Shown: positions 23,797-31,229 of the stretch, one piece after another
How positions within the stretch are numbered: position 1 is the stretch's first letter
Layout: the number at the start of each line of letters is the position of its first letter
IMG/VR virus record: IMGVR_UViG_3300044658_000099
Location: 1-57,455 of that record
Direction: 5' to 3' (one strand)
Length of the DNA: 57,455 nucleotides
DNA from: a virus
Translations under genes and position numbers: made by a program
The notes under the pieces: model-generated
The model's database searches: none
What the model was told of the DNA's origin: nothing
Seen by the model: only the letters and a program-made list of their open reading frames with translations

Positions 23797-23825
23797 GGGG
23801 GGATGCTAGCCCAGATGGGGTGTGT

Positions 23826-23859
23826 CTAAGCGACGTTGTCGCCCCACAGAGTCGTTTAG
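23826..23859. other. Candidate attP core (imperfect inverted repeat)
   Basis: CTAAGCGAC (23826-23834) and GTCGTTTAG (23851-23859) match 8 of 9 positions as an inverted pair around a 16-nt spacer. They lie in the 59-bp gap immediately 5' of int. Confidence 0.3.
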
Positions 23860-24137
23860 GGGTGCATGTCGTTCCTTGGTTCTGTGATCTCGTCGACGAC
23901 TTGGAGCACGTCGTCAAGGCGCCTGCGGAGCATCTCTACGAGCAGGATGAGCCTGGCGGGTTCGAGGGCGGCGAGGTCTTCGGCTCTGGCCTGCGTGAGG
24001 TCGCGGCGCGCGTAGTCGATGCGGGAGTGCTGGGAGTCGGTGAGGGGGACGGCCGGTGTGTCGCGTGGGTGGTTGTTCATGTTGTGGGGGTCACCTGGTG
24101 TTGCGGGCGGGTTGTCGGCCGTGGGGGGTTTCGTCAT
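23856..24137 (-). CDS. Hypothetical protein (93 aa)
   Basis: Internal ATG 24135-24137 (MTKPPTADNPPATPGDPHNMNN...RLILLVEMLRRRLDDVLQVVDEI). Confidence 0.65.
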   Translation of the reverse strand: MTKPPTADNPPATPGDPHNMNNHPRDTPAVPLTDSQHSRIDYARRDLTQARAEDLAALEPARLILLVEMLRRRLDDVLQVVDEITEPRNDMHP

Positions 24138-24157
24138 GATCAGGCAAACGCTTGCTG

Positions 24158-24259
24158 TGTGCAATGCACAGTATGAACGTTCACTCGAACGCATGTTTCA
24201 TTGGATGGCTTCAGTGGCCACGCATCTTCCCTGGCCGCAAATGTACCAACACTGGTACA
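24158..24259. promoter_or_regulatory. Three palindromes in a low-GC divergent spacer (candidate operators)
   Basis: TGTGCA-A-TGCACA (24158-24170), GAACGTTC (24175-24182) and TGTACCA-ACAC-TGGTACA (24242-24259). Confidence 0.4.
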
Positions 24260-24292
24260 GACAAAGATCACTGCGGCTACCAGCGTGGACCC

Positions 24293-24523
24293 GTGCCAAC
24301 CGATCTGCCCGACTGGGTACCAGCCAGACGCCGGGCGATCGGAGACAACATCCGCGCGGAGCGAGAACGGCAGAGGGTCACTCAGGAACGGCTCGGTGAA
24401 CTCGCCGGGCTGGATCGAAAAACGGTCAACCGGATCGAGCAGGCCACTCACGCCACATCCATTGATCACTTACTGCTGATCGCGGACGCTCTCGGCGTTC
24501 CGCTCGCTGATCTCGTGAGATGA
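24293..24523 (+). CDS. Small XRE-family HTH regulator (76 aa; start uncertain)
   Basis: ...IGDNIRAERERQRVTQERLGELAGLDRKTVNRIEQATHATSIDHLLLIADALGVPLADLV. The 5' 47 codons of ORF 24152..24523 are low-GC3 and W/C-rich, so GTG 24293 is preferred. Confidence 0.7.
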   Translation: MPTDLPDWVPARRRAIGDNIRAERERQRVTQERLGELAGLDRKTVNRIEQATHATSIDHLLLIADALGVPLADLVR

Positions 24524-24606
24524 GGCCGCCGCCGGCCCGAGGGGATCGATCCGGCGGCGACCCTGCGGTCACCCGGGGGCGTGGCATGCGTAAGGGTGAC
24601 CGCGAT

Positions 24607-24645
24607 CCCCGCGCCCGGCCCGGCCGGCGCGGGCCGGGCGCGGGG
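24607..24645. terminator. Bidirectional hairpin between convergent genes
   Basis: Perfect 16-bp stem CCCCGCGCCCGGCCCG/CGGGCCGGGCGCGGGG with a 7-nt loop. Confidence 0.6.
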
Positions 24646-24657
24646 AGACTGCGGGGG

Positions 24658-24855
24658 TCAGGCGCCGAGCGCGCCCTCCTTCACGGCGCCGAGGAACGCG
24701 CCCCAGGCCGTGCTTGAGGCGGACGCGGCGGAGATGGTGCGGTCCTTGGTGTCCCGGAAGAACGCGCCGGTCCCGGTCTTGGCGACCTCGACGCAGGCCC
24801 CGTTGCCGCCGCTGTAGGAGGACGTGGCCCAGATGAGGCCGTCAGTGTTGTGCAT
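24658..24855 (-). CDS. DUF397-domain protein (BldB-like family), 65 aa
   Basis: WATSSYSGGNGACVEVAKT...FFRDTKDRT...WGAFLGAVKEG matches the DUF397 signature (W.kSS.S...CVEV...vRDSK...W..F). Confidence 0.85.
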   Translation of the reverse strand: MHNTDGLIWATSSYSGGNGACVEVAKTGTGAFFRDTKDRTISAASASSTAWGAFLGAVKEGALGA

Positions 24856-24910
24856 GGTGTGCCTTTCGGTTGGTTCCTTGAGCTACCGGCGCGAGCTGGC
24901 GCCGGGGTCT

Positions 24911-25069
24911 TCAACGCCCGCGGCCCGACGGGGCGGTCTGGGTCGGCACCTTCCTGCATCGCCGCGTGTGGAAGAAGAGCTTCACGCCCGGCCCGGTCGG
25001 CCGCTCTTCGTCGTGCGTCGTGTATCCCTCGCCGGGCCGGATCGGCTTGTCGCATCGTCCACAGATCAC
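24911..25069 (-). CDS. Mini Cys-rich protein (52 aa)
   Basis: VICGRCDKPIRPGEGYTTHDEERPTGPGVKLFFHTRRC... GTG 25067-25069 overlaps the upstream stop (GTGA). Confidence 0.5.
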   Translation of the reverse strand: MICGRCDKPIRPGEGYTTHDEERPTGPGVKLFFHTRRCRKVPTQTAPSGRGR

Positions 25070-25233
25070 GTCAGGCTCCTCGTTCGGGTAGTGCGGCGTG
25101 CCTGGCGCCACGTCTCGCCGAGTCGCCGGCCGCGGGCGCATCGGGTGTCGTCGGTGCGGCACACCCGGCAGGTGATGGCATGCGAGCACCAGCGGCGAAA
25201 CGCCAGATCGGCGGCCGTCCACTGCTCGGTCAC
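25066..25233 (-). CDS. Mini Cys-rich protein (55 aa)
   Basis: VTEQWTAADLAFRRWCSHAITCRVCRTDDTRC... GTGA overlap with the upstream gene. Confidence 0.5.
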   Translation of the reverse strand: MTEQWTAADLAFRRWCSHAITCRVCRTDDTRCARGRRLGETWRQARRTTRTRSLT

Positions 25234-25643
25234 CGGCGTGCCTCCAGCGCGAGACGACGCAACGCCCGGTGGCTGTGACAGACGGCGGGGTCGTCGACGC
25301 ACTGCTCACACATGCGCGGGTGGCGCTTGTACTCGGCGAGGACCGCGTCGAGGACGCACCTCCTGCACGCGCGGGGGTACCAGGGGGCGGTGACGTCGTC
25401 GAGGGTTCCGGACCGTTCGCCGAAGTCGACAGCGGTCTCGGCGTTCAGTGCGGTGTCGCACCAGACGCAGGAGCCGCCGCGGATCTGCTCGGCGGTCAGC
25501 CCCTCGTCGAGGTCGGGCAGGGGCAGGAGGGCGAGCGCTTCGGCGTCAAGGGCCGGGCCGGGCGCGGGCTCGGCGGGCGCTTCGAGTTCCGTCCGCGGGC
25601 TGCGGTCTGCCGCAGCGGGCGGCGACGCCGTACTGTTCGTCAT
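25230..25643 (-). CDS. Hypothetical Cys-rich protein (137 aa)
   Basis: Intact ORF with GGSCVWCDTAL..., ACRRCVLDAV... and MCEQCVDDPAVCHSH. Confidence 0.75.
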   Translation of the reverse strand: MTNSTASPPAAADRSPRTELEAPAEPAPGPALDAEALALLPLPDLDEGLTAEQIRGGSCVWCDTALNAETAVDFGERSGTLDDVTAPWYPRACRRCVLDAVLAEYKRHPRMCEQCVDDPAVCHSHRALRRLALEARR

Positions 25644-25728
25644 GTCGACGCTCCCTCACCGGTTTGAGCGTTGGCCACGCCCCCGGACCGTTCGCTGCGG
25701 TCGCGGGGGCCTCTTCGATCCGTAGCGT

Positions 25729-25938
25729 TCACGCAGCGGCCGTCCCGATACGGCACCCGCATGTCACGACCTGCCATACGCGTGTGCTGCCGCGCACCAC
25801 GACGTGCCCAGCCGCGCGCAGGGTCTTGTTGACGGACCCGCAGTCGAAGCAGGCCTCACCGTGCAGTCGGACGATGCTCACAGACCCGTCTATGACCGTC
25901 GGCGTGAGCGGGAGTGCGTCGGGCATTTCCCGTCCCAT
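25729..25938 (-). CDS. Hypothetical Cys-rich protein (69 aa; ATG 25926 is an alternative start)
   Basis: MGREMPDALPLTPTVIDGSVSIVRLHGEACFDCGSVNK...VVTCGCRIG, with AGGAA upstream. Confidence 0.6.
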   Translation of the reverse strand: MGREMPDALPLTPTVIDGSVSIVRLHGEACFDCGSVNKTLRAAGHVVVRGSTRVWQVVTCGCRIGTAAA

Positions 25939-26023
25939 CTGCTGGTTCCTGCGCGTGCCACAGATGGTGAGGGGTGAGGAAGGCCACAAGTACCCCGGTG
26001 AGGGGTAGTTGGGGGTAGCTCGT

Positions 26024-27211
26024 TCAGGTGGCGGCGCACCACTCGGCGAAGTTCGTGAGGCTTTCTGCGTCGGCGCGCTTCAGCCGCCGCAGGGTCGCGG
26101 CGTCCTCACGGACCCACGGGTGTTCGCGGGTGTGCTGCGGGGCGATGTGGCGGGCGACCTTCAGCGACTCGAACGCGTCGTCTGCGAGCCCCGACCAGAG
26201 TTGGGCGCGGGCGAGTTCGATGTAGAAGCCGCTGCGGCGCTCGGCCGGGAGATCCTTCGGCGGTTTCCACTCGCTGGCGACATCGAGGGCCCGGCCTACA
26301 TGGTCGCTCCCGAGGCTGACGGCCACGGACACCTCGTGGATACGCACGGAGTCGGGCCCGAACGCGGTTCCGCAGTACACGTCCTCGGGCACCCGGTCGG
26401 CCAGCGTCCGGGCTTCGTCCAGGTGGGTGGCTGCAGCGGCAGCGTCGTGCGCCCGGCCCGCGATGACAGCGGCCCGCATGTGCAGGGCACCCCGTGCTGC
26501 GATCTCGTCGGCTGTGGTGGGGGCGGGCGTGGCGTCCAGGGCCTGTTCCAGGGCGCGCAGCCCGGGAGCGTGGGCATGGGCGGCGAAGAACGTCTCGGTG
26601 CGCACGTAGGCGACGGACGCGGTCAGGAGAGGGTCACCGGTCTCGGGGACGGCCCACCGCATGAGTTCGATCAGGCGTGCGGAGAGGTCTCGGGCGCCGA
26701 ACTTGTAGGCGACGGCGTCGGCCGAGCGGTAGGCGTTGACCAAAAGCCCAGCCAGATCGGCTCGCTGTGCGGCAGGGGCCTGGTGGTAGGCGCGGGCGAG
26801 TTCCGAGAGCAGGCTCGGAACCTGGCGGACGATGCGCGTGTACTTGGCGCCCAGACGCCAGTCGACGGCCTGATCAACGGACTCCCGTAGTTCGCGAAGG
26901 GGACGGACCGGTCCGTCTTCAGGGAGGTCGTAGGCGGCGATCGCGGCGGACAGCGCCGGCAGTGCATCGTGGACGCGGGTGTGGGCCGGGCCTCGGTCCG
27001 TTCGGAGCCGGATCGGGTCGATGCCGAGGGCGTCTGCGATGGCTTCGAGGGTGGAGTCGCTGACGCCGCGCTCGCCGCGTTCGATCTTGCGGATGGTGCC
27101 GAGCGCGACGCAGGCGGCATCGGCGAGCTGCTCCTGCGTCATCTTGGGGCGCATGACGCTGCGGTAGTAGGCGATCCGGCGGCCTACCCCGTCTCTGCTT
27201 CCTGCGGGCAT
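26024..27211 (-). CDS. XRE-type HTH regulator with about 320-aa C-terminal helical-repeat (TPR-like) domain (395 aa)
   Basis: ATG 27209-27211 with GGAG upstream. HTH is MTQEQLADAACVALGTIRKIERGERGVSDSTLEAIADALGI. The remainder is predicted all-helical with repeated A/L-rich hairpins. Confidence 0.85.
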   Translation of the reverse strand: MPAGSRDGVGRRIAYYRSVMRPKMTQEQLADAACVALGTIRKIERGERGVSDSTLEAIADALGIDPIRLRTDRGPAHTRVHDALPALSAAIAAYDLPEDGPVRPLRELRESVDQAVDWRLGAKYTRIVRQVPSLLSELARAYHQAPAAQRADLAGLLVNAYRSADAVAYKFGARDLSARLIELMRWAVPETGDPLLTASVAYVRTETFFAAHAHAPGLRALEQALDATPAPTTADEIAARGALHMRAAVIAGRAHDAAAAATHLDEARTLADRVPEDVYCGTAFGPDSVRIHEVSVAVSLGSDHVGRALDVASEWKPPKDLPAERRSGFYIELARAQLWSGLADDAFESLKVARHIAPQHTREHPWVREDAATLRRLKRADAESLTNFAEWCAAT

Positions 27212-27275
27212 ACTGGCTCCAGTTCGGTGCGTCCACTCCGAACCGTACCCGCGTCGAAACACGGCGTGTACGCGA

Positions 27276-27306
27276 ACGGCCCACCAGGCTCTGGCTGGTG
27301 GGCCGT
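27276..27306 (-). terminator. Hairpin terminator after the HAD gene
   Basis: Perfect 12-bp stem ACGGCCCACCAG/CTGGTGGGCCGT with a 7-nt loop, 13 nt downstream of the stop at 27319. Confidence 0.55.
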
Positions 27307-27318
27307 TTGCTGCCCAGG

Positions 27319-27960
27319 TCAGGCGTCAACGATCTCGGTGAGCTGAGTGAGGCTGTCGATCCGCCAGTCCGCGGCCGCCACCACCTTCGGGTCGTCCGCC
27401 CACAGGTATCCCCACGGTCCCCGTCGGATGTGCGCAGCGCGGAGCCCGGCCGCCTTCGCGGGGAAGACGTCGTTCGCCGGATGGTCGCCGACGTAGAGGA
27501 TCTTCTCTGGAGCCGCCTGCGCCACCTCCAGCACCCGCTGGAAGAACTCCGGATGGGGTTTCGCCACTCCCCAGTCCCCCGAGGTGACGATGAGATCCGC
27601 CGGGAGGTCCAGGTCACGCAGCAGCTCGCCCGCGCGGGACGTCTGATTGCCCGCGATGACGACGCGCACGCCCACGCGCCGCAGCGCCGACAGCGCTGTC
27701 CGTACGTCGCCGTAGAGGTCGCTCTCATCCAGGTACTCGCCGCGGCCGGCAGCTTCGCGGGCACGGTACTCGGCAGCGATGTCGATACCTGGCCGCGCCA
27801 GACGTACGGCGTCGGCGTTATCGCGGCCCGTGGCTACGACGGCGCCCACGAGCGCAGAAAGGGTGTGACGGGGGACGCCGAGCCAGTCGGACCACGATTG
27901 CCAGTATCGGTCGTCGCGGGTGATGGTCTCGCCGATGTCGAGAACGATGGTCTCAATCAC
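27319..27960 (-). CDS. HAD-superfamily hydrolase (213 aa)
   Basis: Motif I VLDIGETI, VIAGNQTS, motif III GVAKPHPEFF and motif IV YVGDHPANDV. Confidence 0.85.
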   Translation of the reverse strand: MIETIVLDIGETITRDDRYWQSWSDWLGVPRHTLSALVGAVVATGRDNADAVRLARPGIDIAAEYRAREAAGRGEYLDESDLYGDVRTALSALRRVGVRVVIAGNQTSRAGELLRDLDLPADLIVTSGDWGVAKPHPEFFQRVLEVAQAAPEKILYVGDHPANDVFPAKAAGLRAAHIRRGPWGYLWADDPKVVAAADWRIDSLTQLTEIVDA

Positions 27961-28024
27961 CTCGGGAAGCCTACGGCGTGGCGGTCGGCGTCTGACTGGC
28001 AGTCCCCGCTTCTACACTTCTCGC

Positions 28025-28207
28025 ATGTCCCCCAACCTCGACCGCTCTGGTTCTGTGCGGTCTGCTGCCGTGGTGAATGAGGCGATACGCGCGCTGTGGC
28101 AGCGCGCCGGCGGCCACCTGTCGACCGCAGCCGAGCGGGCCGAGTATGAGCGGCTCGTCACCGAGTGGGCGGCCGCCGTACGCGGCGAGACGGCCGCCGC
28201 AGCCTAG
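28025..28207 (+). CDS. Hypothetical protein (60 aa)
   Basis: [48 protein letters not shown]... has high GC3 and helical composition. There is no clear RBS, and the start is uncertain. Confidence 0.45.
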   Translation: MSPNLDRSGSVRSAAVVNEAIRALWQRAGGHLSTAAERAEYERLVTEWAAAVRGETAAAA

Positions 28208-28887
28208 ACGTACTGGCGGCGCTGCGGATCCAGGGCGGCCGACGACACCACACCACCGTTGCCCTTGCCGGGCCCCGGCTGCGGGGCCCCGTCCTTCCTG
28301 CACACCAAGGCGTCTGGGTCATACGACGGCGCCTGCAAGCTGTACCCGTCCGGGCACGACGGGCCGGGCGGCCCCTGCTCCCCCTGCGGGCCCGCAGGTC
28401 CGGCCGGGCCCTGCTCACCCTCCGGCCCAGGTGGCCCCGACGGTCCTACCGGACCAGCAGGCCCCGAAGGGCCGACCGCCCCCGGCGCCCCACTCGGGCC
28501 CGGGCTGCCATCCACACCATCCCGCCCCGGCGCCCCAGACGGCCCGGTCGGCCCCGGGCTGCCCGGCACACCGCGCGGCCCCGCCGGGCCCGGGATCGGC
28601 ACCGGCACCTCCGCCCGCGCCGGAAGGTCGCTCACGGCCTTCGTCGGGTCCGGCGCCACCGGCGTCTTCCCCGCGGCCTGTACCTGCTGCCGCAGCGCCC
28701 GCACGTCGCCCGCGAGTGTGGACACGGCCTGCCCGCGCAGGTTCGCCTCCTCGGCGAGCTGGGAGGCCATTCGGTCGCGGTCCACGAGCAGATAGCAGAC
28801 GGCGACCGCCCCGCCGAGAAACAGGAGGATCGCGGTCGCCCACAGCAGATGCCGCGCCTGATGGAACACCGTCTGCGTTCGCCTCAC
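28204..28887 (-). CDS. Type-II membrane protein with coiled-coil and 26 uninterrupted collagen-like G-X-Y triplets (227 aa)
   Basis: GTG 28885-28887 overlaps the upstream stop. TM is [22 protein letters not shown], followed by a heptad region, [16 protein letters not shown]...GEQGPPGPS (28357-28590) and a Cys-containing C-terminal knob. Confidence 0.8.
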   Translation of the reverse strand: MRRTQTVFHQARHLLWATAILLFLGGAVAVCYLLVDRDRMASQLAEEANLRGQAVSTLAGDVRALRQQVQAAGKTPVAPDPTKAVSDLPARAEVPVPIPGPAGPRGVPGSPGPTGPSGAPGRDGVDGSPGPSGAPGAVGPSGPAGPVGPSGPPGPEGEQGPAGPAGPQGEQGPPGPSCPDGYSLQAPSYDPDALVCRKDGAPQPGPGKGNGGVVSSAALDPQRRQYV

Positions 28888-29150
28888 GGCGTGCCCCCCA
28901 ACTGCTGCACCAGCAGCCGAAGACGCGCGTTCTCCGCCTTCTCCGCGGCCAGCTCGGCGCGCACCGTCGCGAGATCGGCGCGTAGTTCCTTGCGCTCCTC
29001 CTGGAGCTCGTTCGTCAGGCTGCTGAAGCCGTTCACTGCGGTGCCCTCCTGGGCTGCCCTGTTCGCCCCGCGGGAGCCGTATACGGCCGCCGCCGCTGCC
29101 ACCGGCCCGCCTACGAGTGCTGCGATAGCCGTGACCATGGCGGCGTCCAT
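28884..29150 (-). CDS. Membrane-anchored coiled-coil protein of the lysis cassette (88 aa)
   Basis: N-terminal [22 protein letters not shown], then [34 protein letters not shown]. Confidence 0.7.
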   Translation of the reverse strand: MDAAMVTAIAALVGGPVAAAAAVYGSRGANRAAQEGTAVNGFSSLTNELQEERKELRADLATVRAELAAEKAENARLRLLVQQLGGTP

Positions 29151-29181
29151 ACCACCTCCCAGGGGCGTTCAACGGGCAGGC

Positions 29182-29514
29182 TCAGGCGCCCGGGCTGGTG
29201 CTGACGGGGCGGGCGGTGATGAGCCGGTCCTGCGCCGCTCCGGACACGCCGGTGGGCTTCCAGAAGCCGAAGTGGCTGAGGACGGCGGTTGCGAAGCTCA
29301 CGAGGGAGAGGACGGCGGCGGTCTGCCAGCTGTACCCGGCATCGTGCGGCCCGGCGAGCTCCACCAGGAACCCGTTCAGGGTGGACAGGGCGAGCAGCAG
29401 CACCGACTTCCACGCGGCGGACGTCACTCTGGTGGTGACCAGGCCGACGAGGACTGGAAGGACGACGGAGATGACGAGGCCGAGCCAGTACGCGGCGTCG
29501 AGGTGAACCTGCAT
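29182..29514 (-). CDS. Holin candidate (110 aa, 3-4 TM)
   Basis: WLGLVISVVLPVLVGLVTT, VLLLALSTLNGFLV and AAVLSLVSFATAVLSHFGFW. It lies immediately downstream of the two lysins. Confidence 0.7.
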   Translation of the reverse strand: MQVHLDAAYWLGLVISVVLPVLVGLVTTRVTSAAWKSVLLLALSTLNGFLVELAGPHDAGYSWQTAAVLSLVSFATAVLSHFGFWKPTGVSGAAQDRLITARPVSTSPGA

Positions 29515-29547
29515 GAGGGTGATCCGATCTGAGTGAGGGGGAAGGGT

Positions 29548-30363
29548 TCAGACGTTGGGGACGTGGAGCTTCGCCCACGACGTGGGCCCGGGGATGCCGT
29601 CAGCGTCGGGGCCGCTGTAGCCAAGCTTCCGCTGCCACGCGGCGTACGAGCGGACGTCGCCCGAGCCCCACAGATCCGCGTTGGCCTGGGACTGGTAGAG
29701 GTTGCAGCCCTCGTCGACGAGCCGCTTGTGCATGGCTGCGATGATCGGCGAGCGGCGGCCGGCCACGAAGAAGCCCGCGCCCGGATACGGCTCGTACGTC
29801 GGCGCTGGCGCGGCGATGGCCGCGGCCGGGGTGCCCCCGAGGTTCGGGTCGGCGGATATGGTGCCCTCCTTGTAGGCGGGGACGCCGTAGCCGTAGGGGC
29901 TGTCCGGGCCGCGTCTGGGGCGCTGGCGCAGGTACACGCCGTCGCCCTGGTAGGAGCCGTTCGTGTTCGTGTTGCCCTCGACGGTCCAGATCCAGCCGCC
30001 TCCGCCGGGGGCAGTGGGGTCGCTGTCGTACTTCCACACGACGCCGGTGTGGTCGCCTCCGCTGGGGCCCATGTACATCGGGCCGCCCAACACGGGGTAT
30101 TCGGTGAAGCGGCCCTGCTTCTTCCACCAGGCGACGGCGGTCGCGCACGACGCTGTCATGGGCCACACGGCATCCATGCCGAGCTGGTGCGCTCCCCACG
30201 CCTCGAAGGTGGCGCACCACGGCTGACCGTCGCTCCACGCAAAGCCGGGCGTCTGTTCGCTGAACTTCTGGATGTTGTTCCAGTTGCCGTTCGCGTCACG
30301 GCCCTCGTGATAGCCGACCTGGCTCTTGAGGAGGTTGACGAACTGGTCTCGGGTGCTGGTCAT
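29548..30363 (-). CDS. Endolysin: CHAP-type amidase/peptidase plus C-terminal peptidoglycan-binding domain (271 aa)
   Basis: ...GQPWCATFEAWG..., ...GGDHTGVVW..., ...WTVEGNTN... are CHAP Cys/His motifs. C-terminal ...AWQRKLGYSGPDADGIPGPTSWAKL is PG_binding-like. ATG 30361-30363 with AAAGGA 8 nt upstream. Confidence 0.85.
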   Translation of the reverse strand: MTSTRDQFVNLLKSQVGYHEGRDANGNWNNIQKFSEQTPGFAWSDGQPWCATFEAWGAHQLGMDAVWPMTASCATAVAWWKKQGRFTEYPVLGGPMYMGPSGGDHTGVVWKYDSDPTAPGGGGWIWTVEGNTNTNGSYQGDGVYLRQRPRRGPDSPYGYGVPAYKEGTISADPNLGGTPAAAIAAPAPTYEPYPGAGFFVAGRRSPIIAAMHKRLVDEGCNLYQSQANADLWGSGDVRSYAAWQRKLGYSGPDADGIPGPTSWAKLHVPNV

Positions 30364-30365
30364 GG

Positions 30366-31229
30366 TCACAGTCCTTTCGCGGTGAGCCACGTGCGGGCGG
30401 CGAGCGCCATCGCCAGATCCGGATCCGCCGGCGTCGGCGTGGGGGTCGGCTGCGGTGCGCCCACGAGCGCGGGCACCGTCACGTCGCCCTGGTGGGAGAG
30501 GAGCGAAGTGAGCGCGGCCGTCGGGAAGTAGCCGTATCCGCGCAGGCCCCACGTCTCATTCCACGAGTTCGGCACCTGGTACTCGCCCGTCGTGGCGTCG
30601 AAGGCGTTCAGCTCAAGCTCGTGGCCGCCAGCCACACCCGAGGAAGGGTCGACGATGATCTCGCCGTCGTTCTTCGGGTCGAACATGCTGTTGTACCAGG
30701 TGATGCCGATCATCACCGGGCCCGTCTGGAGCGCCGAGTTGAGCGCCGCGATCGAGAACGCGTGGGTGTAGCCCGACGCGAGACCCAGCGCCCGAAGTGC
30801 CTTCGCGACGCCGAGCCCGGTCGAGCCGGTGTCGGTGGGCGGGTAGGTGCCGGATACCCCGTCGAGGATCGTCGCCAGGCTGTACAGCTTCACGGCGAAG
30901 TCCTCGTCGAGCTGGTGCTCCCCAGTCTCGAAGATGCCGTGCGACGCCGCCGACCCGGCCGCGCTGATCGTGACCGACGTGGACGCCGTACGGCCGGCGG
31001 AGTCCGTACCGAGGACGCCGGTGCCCGCGTTGCCCGTGCAGCTGCCGAGGCTGCCCTGGTCGAGGATCGGGATCCGGCGCGTCCACTCCACCGACTTGAT
31101 GGCGGACTTGGGCAGCACGCCATGCGCGTACGCCAGGCTGCGCGGGTCGTGCTCCACATGTCGGCCGAGCCGGTACGGGCCGCCCGTCTCGGGGAGGTGC
31201 TGAACGTGCAACGTGTGCTCCTTGCTCAT
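30366..31229 (-). CDS. Second lysin: papain-like (C1-type) cysteine peptidase (287 aa)
   Basis: [15 protein letters not shown] (Cys), [10 protein letters not shown] (His) and [15 protein letters not shown] (Asn-Ser-Trp). ATGA overlap upstream. Confidence 0.8.
   Translation of the reverse strand: MSKEHTLHVQHLPETGGPYRLGRHVEHDPRSLAYAHGVLPKSAIKSVEWTRRIPILDQGSLGSCTGNAGTGVLGTDSAGRTASTSVTISAAGSAASHGIFETGEHQLDEDFAVKLYSLATILDGVSGTYPPTDTGSTGLGVAKALRALGLASGYTHAFSIAALNSALQTGPVMIGITWYNSMFDPKNDGEIIVDPSSGVAGGHELELNAFDATTGEYQVPNSWNETWGLRGYGYFPTAALTSLLSHQGDVTVPALVGAPQPTPTPTPADPDLAMALAARTWLTAKGL

Noticed and set aside
24152-24292. The long N-terminal extension of the small XRE gene (start at 24152 or ATG 24173)
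   Set aside because: These codons have low third-position GC and W/C/H-rich sequence, and they coincide with three palindromes in a promoter-like spacer. GTG 24293 is preferred, but the start remains uncertain.
25729-25938. The 69-aa gene downstream of the HTH-TPR regulator as an AimP-like secreted propeptide
   Set aside because: It has no N-terminal hydrophobic signal sequence, is Cys-rich and looks globular, and is larger than known arbitrium propeptides.
28259-28795. Plus-strand 178-aa G/P-rich ORF opposite the collagen-like gene
   Set aside because: The reverse complement of GGN-CCN repeats is also G/P-rich. However, the plus frame breaks the G-X-Y register, contains scattered Cys/Ser, and has no TM, RBS or coupling. 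The minus frame has 26 perfect triplets, an N-terminal TM, a coiled-coil and a GTGA-coupled start.
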